A stretch of 63,762 nucleotides of DNA, filler included, from Octopus bimaculoides (GCF_001194135.2; 6 parts of 5 records of this genome joined end to end with filler, not necessarily neighbours in it); one strand, 5' to 3'. Shown: positions 37,921-51,279, counted from the first letter of the whole stretch. Notes: generated by a model not told the origin, from the letters alone. Numbers and translations: made by a program.

Positions 37921-38180
37921 GGTACGGTCGGTAACAGGTAAACTTCTTGTACCAGTATCCAACGATCGGGTCCCTACCCGGTGCTTTACCATCATGGAGT
38001 TTTTGGAGGACAGTTGCAAGAACATCACCGTCAATCTTGTATGTCTTGGGTATAATCCCCGGACAATAATCATTTTTCATTTTCTGCAGCCATAGAGCAT
38101 TTCGGTTAAACTCCTTCTCTTCTCCCCAGATATTTCTCCAGAAGGAGTCTACATCATCTTGCGAAGGAGTTTCAGTAATG
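37921..38180 (-). mobile_element. R4/Dong-like LINE fragment (RT N-terminal region), cut by an artificial join
   Basis: PSQDDVDSFWRNIWGEEKEFNRNALWL...LHDGKAPGRDPIVGYWYKKF. Confidence 0.9.
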
Positions 38181-38458
38181 CTCACTGTCTTCCCTGTATG
38201 TATGTATGTATGTATGTATGTATGTATGTATGTATGTATGCGTGTGTGTATGTATGTATGTATCTATGTATGTACTAATATATGTATGCACGCATGTATG
38301 TATGCAAGCATGTGTACGTATGCATTCATGCACTCATGCATGTATATACTTGCTTGCATACGATGTATACACGTGTTTTTGTGAGTATGTGTAGTTAAGG
38401 ATTGTCAGAAATACACTTTGTAAAAATAATGTGAAACTTAAAATACTCGTGCGCGCCA

Positions 38459-38503
<45 letters not shown>

Positions 38504-39231
38504 CATACACACAGGTACATATACATACACACTCACAGACATACTCACACACCCGTCAAAGTGCAATATTACTCCAATTCCAAACTAATTCAAGCCCTGA
38601 AAATAAACAAATATCATCTCTACCACTGTCATCATCACCTCCCAACAGCAACAACGACAAACATACACAATCTTTGAAAAAATATCCACTTTATTCTCAG
38701 ATGACTTGAATCTCGGGTCAGTTCTTGCGACGACACATGTGCGTATGGTGGTGTTTGGTTGGCAAGTTGGTAAGAGAATGTTCTTTAGGGTGTTTAACTA
38801 CCTCAGTGCAATCTTGGGTGGATAAAGTGATAATTGTATTGAATGAATGACTGTTACCCTACTTCTGAAACCCCAACCAATACACATTCCTAAAGCGGGT
38901 GTAAAATGGGATTTTTTTTTAACCACCCGCTTCAATAAATAAACAAAGCATGATTCGAAAATGTTATGTTGAAGGGAGTTCTCGAAATAAGTAACGGGAC
39001 CAAAATAACAACAACAGCTAGTAGGACCCGTGGAAATTCTACGGTGTAAGCCAGCGTATTTGAAAACATTTAAACCAAGCAAGAAATTTCAAAGCATTCT
39101 TTTGATATACTGCTATTTAATCATAACTGTATTTTCGAATATAACTGAAACAAAATTAGAAGGTGTTGCTTATCCTACCTTCTTTTAATATGTTTGAGGA
39201 AAAAAAAAAAAATAAAAAGATAAAACTTATT

Positions 39232-39278
<47 letters not shown>

Positions 39279-39551
39279 CAAATGATATATGAGCATATGC
39301 ATGTATACATACATATATGTACATACCTACATCTACATGTATATATAGACGCATATCCGGGTACAGGACGTCAAAAAACGTGGACAAAAAAGGCACGGGA
39401 GCATAAACAAAGCACAAAAAAACGGACTTTTTTTACGGACAACAGAATGAACACAGGAAAACAGACAAGCTACTTATGGAACTTTTGCTTCATCAGCTGC
39501 CTCTATTCTAAACTAGGCGTTTCGAAATATACATGTATGTATGCATGTATG

Positions 39552-39596
<45 letters not shown>

Positions 39597-39915
39597 AAGG
39601 CGCGTGGCTTAGTGTTTAGAGCATTCGACTCACCATTGTAAGGTCGTGAGTTCAATTTCCGGCGACGCGTTGTGTCCTTGAGCAAGACATTTTATTTTAC
39701 GTTGCTCGAGTCCACTCAGCTGGTGAAAATGAGTTGTACCTGTATTTCAAAGGGCCGGCGTTATCACACTCTGTGTCACGCTGAATTTCCCCCACGTTAG
39801 GAGTACACGTGTCTGTGGATTGCTCAGCCACATGCTCGTTAATTTCACGAGCAAGCTATTCCTTTGATCGTATCAGCTGGGGCCCGCGTTGTCGTAACCG
39901 ATGGAATGCTCCTTT
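39597..39915 (+). mobile_element. tRNA-derived SINE family D
   Basis: Head ggcgcgtggcttagtgtttagagcattcgactc...gagttcaat (A and B boxes), core gtgtccttgagcaagaca...gtccactcagctgg. Confidence 0.85.
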
Positions 39916-40742
39916 ATGTTTGTGTGTGTGTGTGTGTGTGTGTGTACAGGTTGTCCAGTCATAGCTGAGAGGGAATACATCTAGAAGCATGCAAGAGTTA
40001 GAGGTTTTAATACCACGGAAAGCATGCTTGTCTTATGAAGTACTTACAGAAAAAGATGGTATAAACATGCGAACCAAACAGTTCTTAAAGAATGTCAAAA
40101 CGACTATATTTAAGGATATACGAATCCATACAGACAAGGATATCAAGGTTAATCGGTGTAATAAAATGATGAAAACAAAAAAACATATGAATTCAATTCT
40201 TGTAACTCCTTAATTTCAAATTCAAATTTATAACCCTGATTCTTCGAAGATAACACAGGTTATCTTTGTATTAATGGCCATCACCGAGGAACCACATGTA
40301 TTGTTGCCAAAAGCCACTAGAAAAAGTGTCTTCTAATTGAAGTTTCAGTATCAACTAATGATAACGTATGTCTGCAAAAAACGGAAAAAATATCCAAATA
40401 TAAAGATAAGGAAATGGAGATAACCAAAATATCGATCTCAAAAAAAAAAAAGCAAAACAAAAAAATCCTGTAATAATTGGTACCTCGGAAGTGATTGGAT
40501 TAAAATAATCTGACTAATACCTTAATTTAAACTTTTGTTCGGCATAACTTTACAAGTCAGAAATTGTTCAGAAACTGATCGATTAAGTATACAATAGTTT
40601 CGTCGCTCAGCCACGACAAGCCCACTTGGCGGCACTTCTGAGTTCATCGCACACCGATAACACCCTTCTCATAGCATTACCAGAGCAAGAATTAATGGAA
40701 ACCACCTATAGTCTCCGGGTCGACGACGACGACGACGACGAC

Positions 40743-40782
<40 letters not shown>

Positions 40783-40932
40783 GGGCAATACCTTTCAACA
40801 GAGTGCTCTTTTTATTTTAGTAAATGAGAATTTAATCTTTGCTTATTTTCTTCCTTCCTCATAAGAATCAGACCGAAAACGTGATGAATACAATACCTCT
40901 TTTCTTCCCCGTTTTCATGTCTCCTATTCCAA

Positions 40933-40982
<50 letters not shown>

Positions 40983-41564
40983 ATTTTTCTCTCACTTTCT
41001 GTCTTACTTTCACACTTATAAATACACTTATAAATACTTACAAACTACAAATTTATATTATATGTATATACAGATACCTACCAAAGTCGTTAGAGTAGAA
41101 GAGGTGGGGGAAACAACATAAATAGAAGAAAAATAATTGGAAGAAGTAAATAAAGAAAGAATAAAAGAAAATATAGAAGATTAAAAAAACACAGCAAATG
41201 ATAAAAGTGAACGAGAGTTTTTGGAATTCCTGAGGATTCCCTGTTAACGTTTCAGTTTTTAAACGATGCTGAGTACACTTTTGACACAAGATAGTTTGGC
41301 GTTTGCTTATAGAATAAATAATGGGAGAAGCAAGGTCGAAATTTAATGCCTGCTTTGTGAAGATCAGAAGATTGTAAAAAGGTTTCGTCACATCGAATAA
41401 TAGTGACGGCCTCTTATATTAAGAAAGCGTGAAGAAAAGAATGAAAATAAATAAATGTCAACACTGAAGTTAAAGTGTCTTCACTTTCCGTTCTGAAATG
41501 CTTGTTTAGCAAAATGACATCAATGGGTGTGTTAGTTTGTTTTTATTATTTCTATAAAAATGGG

Positions 41565-41785
41565 GACGGTGGGTAGCAGAGTTGTTGGAATGACGGAAAT
41601 AATAATACTTTTTAGTATTTTGTTTTCAAAGTTCTAATACTTCCGAGGCCCGCTTTGCTTTTTATCCATTGGGTGGAGGTGGGGTGGGGTAAGATGAAAT
41701 ACTAGGGTTACTATCACTATAATCGATTATATTCCTTCCTCACATCTGATGCTTCGTGTTATGTTCGAAAACATTGCATCATTAG
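41565..41785 (+). mobile_element. SINE family B (old, diverged)
   Basis: Weak match, gtagcagagttgttgga...ctttgctttttatcc...aatcgatta. Confidence 0.5.
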
Positions 41786-42098
41786 AATTACTGTAAGAAT
41801 CGAAAAACTCGGGGTTAAACTAAGATGACCTTATTTCAATTCCCGTTTGAACATTTGCATTGTTTTAATTGTATTAATAAATTAGAACCCCCACTCCCGG
41901 TATATCATTCCTGTTCCCTTGATGATATTAATAAATTTGAATTCCCTTGATGATATTAATAAATTAGTTTCTCCAACTCCCTTATCATTTCTGTTTCGAT
42001 AAGTTACAGAAAAAGGGAGGTACAAACTGATGAGAGTAAGGCATGATCAGTAGATACCCCACCAATCATAAGTATGTGAGTGCGTGTGTGTGTGTGTG

Positions 42099-42184
<86 letters not shown>

Positions 42185-42211
42185 TAATAAATGTGTTTAC
42201 AAACTACTATC

Positions 42212-42385
42212 TTTTAGTCTTTTACTTGTTCCAGTCATTGGACAGCGATCATGCTAAGAAAGGATTTAGCAGTTATTTGTGTTTCTAAAACCTGCTGCAT
42301 ATTCTATCGTTCTCTATGTACCAAGCCGCTATGTTACAGAAATGTAAACAAACCAACACCAATTTTCAAACGGTAGTGAGGACAA
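42212..42385 (-). mobile_element. SINE family A tail fragment
   Basis: ttttacttgttccagtcattggac.gcgatcatgct. Confidence 0.65.
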
Positions 42386-42425
42386 ACACAAATACACATA
42401 CATACATGTATATGTATGTGTGTGT

Positions 42426-42484
<59 letters not shown>

Positions 42485-42769
42485 GCATTTACAAACAAGA
42501 TCAAAATATGATCGTTATCAAAAGTGAAGTCTATAGATTATTTGTTGAAAATTAGAACTTAAAAAGAGTCACAGCTCGATGCTCCTGATCTACTGGCAGC
42601 TGCGAAAACTTCCAGAATATAGTGATTAGAAGATTTTCTAATTTATTCTGTTATAAATGATACTGAATCTCACAAGACAAACATGAACCTTTTTTAAAGA
42701 AAAAAATTACCGGATAAATAAATCACAAGGATATATGAGAGAATAAAAATAAAACAAAATGTTTTCAGT

Positions 42770-43146
42770 AATAATAGTTTCAAATTTTGGTACAGCGATA
42801 ATACTTTTTGAGTGGGGAAAGGAAGTCGATTACAATCGACCCCAAAAGGATGAATTCAAAGTCGACTGCGACAGAATATGATCTCAGAATGAAAACACAG
42901 ATGAAATGTCGCTTGGCGAAGCCACCTTAAAAGTTAAATAGTAATTCTTTCTACTATAGCAACAAGGCCTCACACCGGGGGTGAGGTGGGGTAGTCGATT
43001 ACATTGATTCCAGTGTTCAACTGGTACTTATTTTATCAACTTCGAAAGTATGAAAGGCAAAGTCGACCTGGGCGGAATTTGAACTCAGAACTTAGCGACG
43101 GACGAAATGTCCGGCCTACTAACGATTCTGCCAGTTCGCCGCCTTA
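42770..43146 (-). mobile_element. Two adjacent SINE family B copies
   Basis: aaagtcgacctgggcggaatttgaactcagaac...ctgccagttcgccgcctta, plus a second partial copy at 42770-42920. Confidence 0.8.
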
Positions 43147-44058
43147 GAAGTTAAATAATATTGAAAACTAAAAAAATGAAAAAAGAAAAAGGTTAAGAAT
43201 AAAAGAATATATAAAAACATAAGAAGTAATAGTATGACATCGTTTTAGATAAACGGAACATACAGTTGCTTAAAGAGTGTTTAGACCGTATTTTATCTTA
43301 AAGTAACTAGTGTCTATAAAAATGGTAAATAGATTGTTGTAAATCATAGTATAGCATCTAGTGAATGAAATTATAACTGATATGAAAACTAATAAAATGT
43401 CCCTTTCTGTATCGGGTTAAATGATATATATTTAGCATATAATTGTATAATAGCCAGCGCTCAATTTTAGATATTGCTAGTTCGTTATTTACAAGCAATA
43501 ACACACACACATATACGCATATACATACAGCATATGCACTCTAACAAGCACACATGAGTGCAATATTTTTTTGTGTGTGTGTGTGTGTGTGCGTGTGCGT
43601 GTGCGTTTATACAAACATAAAATGAAAAGTGAAAAATGAATGAATAAGCAATTCTATGGTATCGGTTACTTACCAAAGCGTACATATAAGCGCATATATA
43701 TAATATATATATATACATATGTGTGTGTGCATACTCATACATACACACATGTGCACAAATGTAAAAAAAAAAGCAAAGAAATGTAAAATGTATCTTGTGT
43801 TTCGTTTGTAGGAAGTCTGTAGAATGTAGAATTACTGAAGCATGTAGGTTTGGTCCAAATAATTCCTCAATAACAAGTTATTGACATGATTCATATAGAA
43901 CATACTTTCTCACTAGTGTTATTCTGTTTTTATCTACTTGTTTACTTACATTTTTATTCTTATACTTATCTTCTCTTTCTCGTTGATCATATTCTTATTT
44001 CATTTTAGCTTACTATATTTAGGCGTATATACAAGCATGTTTGTATGTATGTGCGCGC

Positions 44059-44115
<57 letters not shown>

Positions 44116-44121
44116 CATACA

Positions 44122-44155
<34 letters not shown>

Positions 44156-44734
44156 CATATAGTTATCAGCGAGATATTATTTCGGGAAAAATACTTTATA
44201 AGCTCTCTGTTAGCACATCAGGCTAACAATATTGCTTAGGTTGGTAAAGAACTCTGCCTGTGGTTAAATTGTAAATCCATGCCAATATTCCAATAATACT
44301 ACTTTTGACACAGAGTGGTATACAAGTCAAGGTATAAATAATAGTCATTACATAGCATTTTTTATTGCAGTAAATTTGACTTACAGCTGTTTCCAGTAAT
44401 CATTATAGGTCCGTTATTGATAGGTTTACTCAAATGTCCCATTGGTCGGTTATATTTATATATATATATATATGCACCCCCCCCCTCCACACACACACGC
44501 ACACTCACACATGATAGATCTCTGTCGTTCGACAATGAAGATCCAGTTGTTCGATTATCTGAATTAGCTGCTACTGAATTAAAGTGTAGGAGAACGAGTT
44601 TCCACAGAAGTGTGTACACCAAGAGACAATCAGTATTACAGTCTGTATCTTTTGAATTACGGATACAACAACTCGACAGAACTTCCATTGAAGTTTCTAT
44701 CAATTCATTCACACGCGCATGATATGGGTTGACT

Positions 44735-44836
44735 CAAGGTTATAATGGTTATTTGCCCAAGATGCCATACAGCAGGATCGAACTGATGACCTCTTGACAG
44801 CGAGGCAAACTTCTTATCCGTTAAGCCATACTGCGC

Positions 44837-44838
<2 letters not shown>
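44735..44838 (-). mobile_element. tRNA-like SINE head fragment
   Basis: Reverse complement aggcgcagtatggcttaacggataagaagtttgcctcg...gaggtcatcagttcgatcc. Confidence 0.65.
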
Positions 44839-44895
<57 letters not shown>

Positions 44896-44973
44896 NNNNN
44901 NNNNNNNNNNNNNNNNNNNNNNNNNNNNNNNNNNNNNNNNNNNNNNNNNNNNNNNNNNNNNNNNNNNNNNNNN

Positions 44974-45032
<59 letters not shown>

Positions 45033-45329
45033 GACAGTGTTAGAGCGTGATTCTTTTCATGGCTCTTTGTTAAATTTATCAGCACTTCTTTGCTTGCTTA
45101 TTTTTCTCGTCCTACTTTCGTTATTTTGTAGTAGTTTCCTATATTTATCACGTCCAACACCTCGTGTGTGCGTCTGTCTCGGCTTTGAGATGGTGGTTCC
45201 AAAGGCTGTCAATAGTTACCTGTTCTCTTTTTTTCTTTGTAAGCGTTTCAATTCGCTCCAGTTTCAATTTATGTTTAATCTGCAATATATAGCTGGAATG
45301 GGTAGTGTTTTATGCATATTAACTTATTT

Positions 45330-45897
45330 TTAGTATTTGAGTTCAGCTTTGACTATTAACCATGCAATTTTCTTTCCTAATTTTCTTCGTTTCAACGTTT
45401 TGTATTTTATCAGTTTCGTCTATTTCTAAATGTTTGTATAGGCTGTTCTGGACTAATCTGAGTGTTCTCAATTTGCCTTTTCCCACTTGTCTAGTGCCTT
45501 GTCCATTCTCATAAATTTATGCACACTATTTTACGTGGTCTCCAGTTCGATATTATTCTTTGAAGATATCACCGATATTGAAGAAATGGTTAAAGTTTGT
45601 TCGTAGCATCTGTACCCAATAGTGGTTTTATTCAACAGATTTGTCAATGGGCTGAGTGCTAAACAAAATAGTGGAAGGATACTGAGTCCTTTTGGAAGAT
45701 ACCTTACTTCAAGTGTATAGAGCTGGTCCTACGCCGTTTTCTCTTAGCTTGATAGTAATACTTTTGTTTTCCAATTTCGCCTTCATTCATTAGCTTTGTT
45801 TACGTAGAATGTCTCCAGTATCTATGAATAAGGATTCTTATCAAATACCATCCTGCAGTCTACCCAAGCTATTGCTAAAGTTTGCTTTCCTCTTTTG
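45330..45897 (-). mobile_element. R4/Dong-like LINE fragment (RT core, heavily decayed)
   Basis: LAIAWVDCRMVFDKNPYS*ILE...NWKT, followed by decayed SPLLFC.ALSPL and FFNIGDIFK. Confidence 0.75.
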
Positions 45898-46060
45898 TAG
45901 TCTGTTGTGATCGTTCGGTTCAACACCGTCAAAGATTCCTTTCCCGAATTGTTATTTCCGCCGAGGTCGACTTTGCTTTTAATCCTTTCGGGGTCGGTGA
46001 AATAAGTACCAATTGGACACTGGGGTGGACCAGCTCCTCTCACAGAATTGTGCCTGTCAT
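45897..46060 (+). mobile_element. SINE family B
   Basis: ccgccgaggtcgactttgcttttaatcctttcggggtcggtgaaataagtacca. Confidence 0.8.
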
Positions 46061-47913
46061 CATCATTATCATCATCATCATTTGTTATTATTATTATTAT
46101 TGTTATTATTATTATGAACAGAAAATTCTTGATTCGTAACTCTGAGCTCCTTGTCCCCGTTTTTTTAACAGAGATGTTTGAACAATCGGAAACCCGAATC
46201 TTTATTACTATTGGAGAAGCTTTGGCGAATAATAAACTGTACAGACTTATTAATGAATCGAGTACTTTTTGTTATCAAAACAAAAATGTAAACTGGTCCG
46301 TGCGTGTGTGCGCGCGTGTGTAATTGACATAAAGGGTGAATAAGCTTATAATAACTTCCTATGTAGTATATTGTCGCTGCTGTGTAGATAGTCACATTCT
46401 GGGGTATGCCACTTCGTATGAGTATGTGTGTACGTGTGCTACTAGAAACCTGAGATTATAACGACCACCCGAGCTACGAAATAGTTTCATGTAAAACATC
46501 TCAGTTAATCATAATCGCGACTTCATTGGGATGTCAAGCGACACCTTCATCAATTGTTCAAGAGTACACAGTAAATGTTTGGCTATGTGTGAACAAAATT
46601 GGTATCGAATATGCTGTGTTTTTTTTTATTGTTGTTGCTGTTGCTGTTGTCATCGCTCAAGGAGTTGGAGGATGGTAAGGAGTGATTTTGCCTTTCTGTA
46701 GTGTGATAATGTCTTTATCTTGAATTTCAATGTTTTACCGTAGGTGTAAACGTTTTTAGTAATATAATACCCTTCTCATCACCGGGTGGGTAAAACCTGT
46801 CGACTTTTGACTTTGATTTATTTTATTTTAAAGGTAGTGGCGAGACGGAAATTGTGAAGTGTTGTATTAAGTATCTTGCAGTATTGTATGGTGTTCCTCT
46901 GAGATCTAATTTCAAATTCTGCCGGCAACAACATGGATTAACACCAAACTGGTGTCTTAAAATATAGACCACTTGTGAACTATGAATACAATCGACTAAA
47001 TGCTTTTCTTTTTTTTTTTTTTTACAAATCTAATAGTAACCTTTATTTTGGAAAGTTTTGTGCACCAGTTTTAATATTTTAACTCATGCTGGATATGAGT
47101 TTGGAAACTTAGTAGCAATTTATTCGTGAAGCTCTTTTCCTGTTATGGATTAAATACGTGACGGTTATCTATCCCAGTCATTCATTATAGTTGTTAAACA
47201 TCCGTATGTTCAATTACAAACTGCTATAGTCATCTAAGATATACAGCAAAAGTTAGATTTGTATATTGCTGATAAGTTCTAATAAGATCAAACCAGGACC
47301 TTAATTGGTAGGGTATTGCTGAAATTTAGACTCACTCTCCACTGTATTTCATATTATGTCCATTTTGATTAATGACAATTTCTGGGACGGTTACCATTTT
47401 CCTTTTTATTTATTTATTTTTTTTTGCCAGAATTTCAATTTGGTCATTTGCAAAAAGATTGTTATCACCACAAACTAAGTAATTTTGATTAAATAAAATG
47501 TCTTAACTCGTTTTTCAAGCATACTAGTATCCCTAATTAGAATGTTACAGCCCAGTATCAATATGTAGAATCTCAACACAATCTATCTACGAAAAATAAC
47601 TTCCAAGCTTCCCTCAAATCATACCTAACCATCGTAAGAATGGAAGTGACTTGTATGACTGAATACAAATAAAAATTGTCATGGCTGGAACGCCTTTCAT
47701 TATATATATANNNNNNNNNNNNNNNNNNNNNNNNNNNNNNNNNNNNNNNNNNNNNNNNNNNNNNNNNNNNNNNNNNNNNNNNNNNNNNNNNNNNNNNNNN
47801 NNNNNNNNNNNNNNNNNNNNNNNNNNNNNNNNNNNNNNNNNNNNNNNNNNNNNNNNNNNNNNNNNNNNNNNNNNNNNNNNNNNNNNNNNNNNNNNNNNNN
47901 NNNNNNNNNNNNN

Positions 47914-48322
47914 TTTACTCTTTTACTTGTTTCAGTCTTTCGACTGTGGCCATGCTGGAGCACCGCCTTTTAGTCGAGCAAATCGACCCCAGGACTTATT
48001 CTTTAGAAGCCTAGTACTTATTCTATCGATCTCTTTTGCCGAACCGCTAAGTTACGGGGACATAAACACACCAGCATTGGTTGTCAAGCGATGTTGGGGG
48101 GACAAACACACACATACAAACATACACGCACACATACATATATATATATACATATATACGACGGGCTTCTTTCAGTTTCCGTCTACCAAATCCACTCACA
48201 AGGCTTTGGTCGGCCCGAGGCTATAGTAGAAGACACTTGCCCAAGATGCCGCGTAGTGGGACTGAACCCGGGACCATGTGGTTGGTAAGCTAGCTACTTA
48301 CCATACAGCCACTCCTACGCCT
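47914..48322 (-). mobile_element. SINE family A, near full length
   Basis: Reverse complement nearly identical to the copy at 55998-56408. Confidence 0.93.
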
Positions 48323-48336
48323 ATGAAAGAATATTA

Positions 48337-48607
48337 GTGAAAGAATATTAAAAAGACCTCACCTTAATTGTGAATTGTTTCCAGCTTCTGGATTAAAGCT
48401 ATAAATAGGCCTTCTTCCTTCGTCAACACAATACACGGGTAATATAAATCCAAATAAATGTACATACCGTACAAAGCAGGTTCACACGTCTACATACAAA
48501 TATTTGCACGTATAATTCCAAGATAAGTCAATTTTAAATCCCCTCACGACAGCCACGTGTTGGAACCAATTCACAATTAACGTGAGGTCTTTTTAATATT
48601 CTTTCAC
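48337..48607. mobile_element. MITE, 271 bp, 47-bp TIRs, TA flanks
   Basis: GTGAAAGAATATTAAAAAGACCTCACCTTAATTGTGAATTGTTTCCA versus the right TIR: 2 mismatches. Confidence 0.88.
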
Positions 48608-49279
48608 TAGCCCGCTTTCAGCCATGTGTATATTTATCTGGAGTTTTTGGTAGTATTTTTAAGGTCTCGGCACTTCAAGCATGCTGGAGATAGCTCGTTT
48701 CCGCCCTTGNNNNNNNNNNNNNNNNNNNNNNNNNNNNNNNNNNNNNNNNNNNNNNNNNNNNNNNNNNNNNNNNNNNNNNNNNNNNNNNNNNNNNNNNNNN
48801 NNNNNNNNNNNNNNNNNNNNNNNNNNNNNNNNNNNNNNNNNNNNNNNNNNNNNNNNNNNNNNNNNNNNNNNNNNNNNNNNNNNNNNNNNNNNNNNNNNNN
48901 NNNNNNNNNNNNNNNNNNNNNNNNNNNNNNNNNNNNNNNNNNNNNNNNNNNNNNNNNNNNNNNNNNNNNNNNNNNNNNNNNNNNNNNNNNNNNNNNNNNN
49001 NNNNNNNNNNNTATATATATATACATATATATGCATGCACACATACACACGTGCGCGCGCATTCACATACACATATTCTCATTCAAGTCTTAATTTCAAG
49101 CTCAGCAGCAGCAACAATAACGATAATAGAAGTAAAAGATTTTGCGCCACGTCTGTAGGAAATTAATATTTAGACCAAAACTGACGAGTGTCGTAAACTT
49201 CCCAATGGACTGAACACGTCGTCCAAACTGTATTCGTATTAAATGATGAGTTTGTTTTGTTTTTCTATTTTCTCTACAG

Positions 49280-49439
49280 CCAGGATTAAACATCGGACAT
49301 CATGCTGATACGACACTAAATAGCTTCTGTTCTTGGCAATCTGTACTTGTTGGCGCTAATGGCCGCCAGCACGATCATGCAATTTTGCTCACCGGTACTG
49401 ATATCTGTTCTTATAAAGATGAACCATGTGACACAGTTG
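49280..49439 (+). CDS. ADAMTS16/18: ADAMTS metalloprotease (ADAMTS16/18-like) catalytic-domain exon, 160 nt, phase 0/1
   Basis: ctctacag|CCA...GTTG|gtaagt. Translates PGLNIGHHADTTLNSFCSWQSVLVGANGRQHDHAILLTGTDICSYKDEPCDTV, matching ADAMTS16/18 HHADHTLSSFCQWQ...HDHAILLTGLDICSWKNEPCDTLG (recalled). Confidence 0.96.
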
Positions 49440-49964
49440 GTAAGTTTCTTCCAATCATATGTAATTATGTAGAAACAAAATGATCCTATAAAGAAGGTAC
49501 GTATTAGAGTACTGATTTGTAGATTACGAATTTACATCGACTCTAATAAAAACGCTGAGTTATATCTCTGTACAGAGCACCTAATTTTACGCATGTCAGT
49601 TACTGGTTCTTTTGCAATAAATATTTGCAGCTTCCTTTCTTTCTATTGAGATGAAAGTTCGACATTGTTACCGTGAGCTTTTAATGAAGCTGGAGAAAAT
49701 AAGCAGCGATTTATGGGATATCTATAATTTTTACTTGATACTTTAAATTGCCAAATTACTTGTCAGTTTTCAGTTCTCTTGCAAGTTAGTCCCACTGTCA
49801 CCAGACTGTATTGTATTGTACCAAGAAATAAAACGATCTGGCTAGTCAATTAATGTCACAGCCCCTAAAAGCTAAGTAACTTTTACTGATAAAAATACCT
49901 TAAATAGTTGTTCCTCTTTATGAAGAAAACGTCAGTGTAAACCATGACATTTCTGTTCCATATA

Positions 49965-50230
49965 TGAGGTCTGATCAATAATTATCCAAACTATTGCCAT
50001 AGTAACGAAGCTAAAGCACGCAAAGTGAAACCGCTTGGCAAGCACTAACCTTAAACTCTGCACACGGTCATTTCAAGCACTGCTGTAAACAGCAGAAGTG
50101 AGCTAGAACGTGAAAACTTAGTGCACATGCACAGCAGTGTTCAAGGTCAATATGCGCCAAGTAGCTTTATTCTGGGCGCTTTAGCTTCGTTACTATAGCA
50201 ACAGTCCGGATACTTATTGATCGCACCACG
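49965..50230. mobile_element. Mariner-derived MITE, about 55-bp TIRs, TA flanks, in an ADAMTS intron
   Basis: TGAGGTCTGATCAATAATTATCCAAACTATTGCCATAGTAACGAAGCTAAAGC versus the reverse complement of the right end. The last about 125 bp match the 3' end of the 35533-36160 element. Confidence 0.9.
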
Positions 50231-50729
50231 TATATGCGAGGTTGCGTAAGTGAGCAAAAGACACCAATATTTATATTTGTTATATGAACATTGGGGAAGT
50301 GAGAAAACATGGTAAAATAAAAGTGCGATGCAGTTTCAGATCTCCGGATGGAGTTTTGTCGTTGAATGTATACACATAATTGCCTTGAGAGTGAATGAAT
50401 GTCACAATTCCCATATCCACAAATAGGCTGTCTGTGTCTAGTCAGAATTAAATCAATATATAGTATTGAAATAAACTAAGAACAAATTTTGATGAACATA
50501 AAGGGTGTATATGAGAAAACATACATCAGTCATTGTCTCTTAAATTCAGTGGCTTTGTTTTGTCTCTTAGCTATATTTACTTTCAAAAGTAACCACATTA
50601 CTAAGAAATTATTATATATTCATTCAAAGCATCTGTTCATGAATATAAATAGTTTAAAGAAAATGATCCACCCATAATGACGAATGGCAATGTTTATTTT
50701 TTCCTATGTTCGTTTTTACTATTTAACAG

Positions 50730-50835
50730 GTTTTGCTCCTATTGAGGGTATGTGCAACAGAGTTCGTAGTTGTACTGTTAATGAGGACACAGGGCTCACC
50801 ACTGCACTCACAGTCGCCCATGAGATAGGACACAA
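50730..50835 (+). CDS. ADAMTS16/18: ADAMTS16/18-like exon, 106 nt, phase 1/2, carries HEIGH
   Basis: tttaacag|GT...CACAA|gtgagt. Translates (G)[34 protein letters not shown], the first half of the HEXXHXXGXXHD zinc motif. In frame with the previous exon. Confidence 0.97.
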
Positions 50836-50877
50836 GTGAGTATATAATTCATGTTAAAAGATATCACTAACTCATTG

Positions 50878-51004
<127 letters not shown>

Positions 51005-51023
51005 CCAAAAGCGAGCGCAATGA

Positions 51024-51227
51024 GATTGCAATAGATATTTTATTGGTTGAACGATGTTTCAACAGCAACCCTTTCTTTGTCACGTTCAAAATGAAAAGAG
51101 ATAAAAATTCAAAATTATAGAAATTCAATTTTATAATTTTGAATTTCTATCACTTTTCATTTTGAAGTTGACAAAGAAAGGGTTGCTGTTGAAATATCGT
51201 TCAACTAATAAAATATCTATTGCAATC
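51024..51227. repeat. 204-bp foldback (96-bp arms, 6 mismatches)
   Basis: gattgcaatagatatttt...aaaattata / tataatttt...aaaatatctattgcaatc, around a 12-nt loop that itself pairs. Confidence 0.93.
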
Positions 51228-51279
51228 GAATCGTCTTGTCTTTGTGAAGAGTATTATTATTATTATTATTATTATTATT

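Noticed and set aside
39597-39670. tRNA gene (also the other SINE heads)
   Set aside because: No complete cloverleaf or acceptor stem; continues into a SINE core.
44383-44420. GAAACAGCTGTA palindrome on the minus strand
   Set aside because: The helix III-like part is present but CUGANGA is not recognisable; at most a decayed remnant.
44362-44722. Overlapping 116-aa and 101-aa ORFs on both strands
   Set aside because: No motif, and they include microsatellite-derived segments.
44779-44815. CTGATGA-CCTC..GAGG-CAAAC hammerhead look-alike
   Set aside because: G12 is C, and the stem is explained as the antisense of a tRNA-like SINE head.
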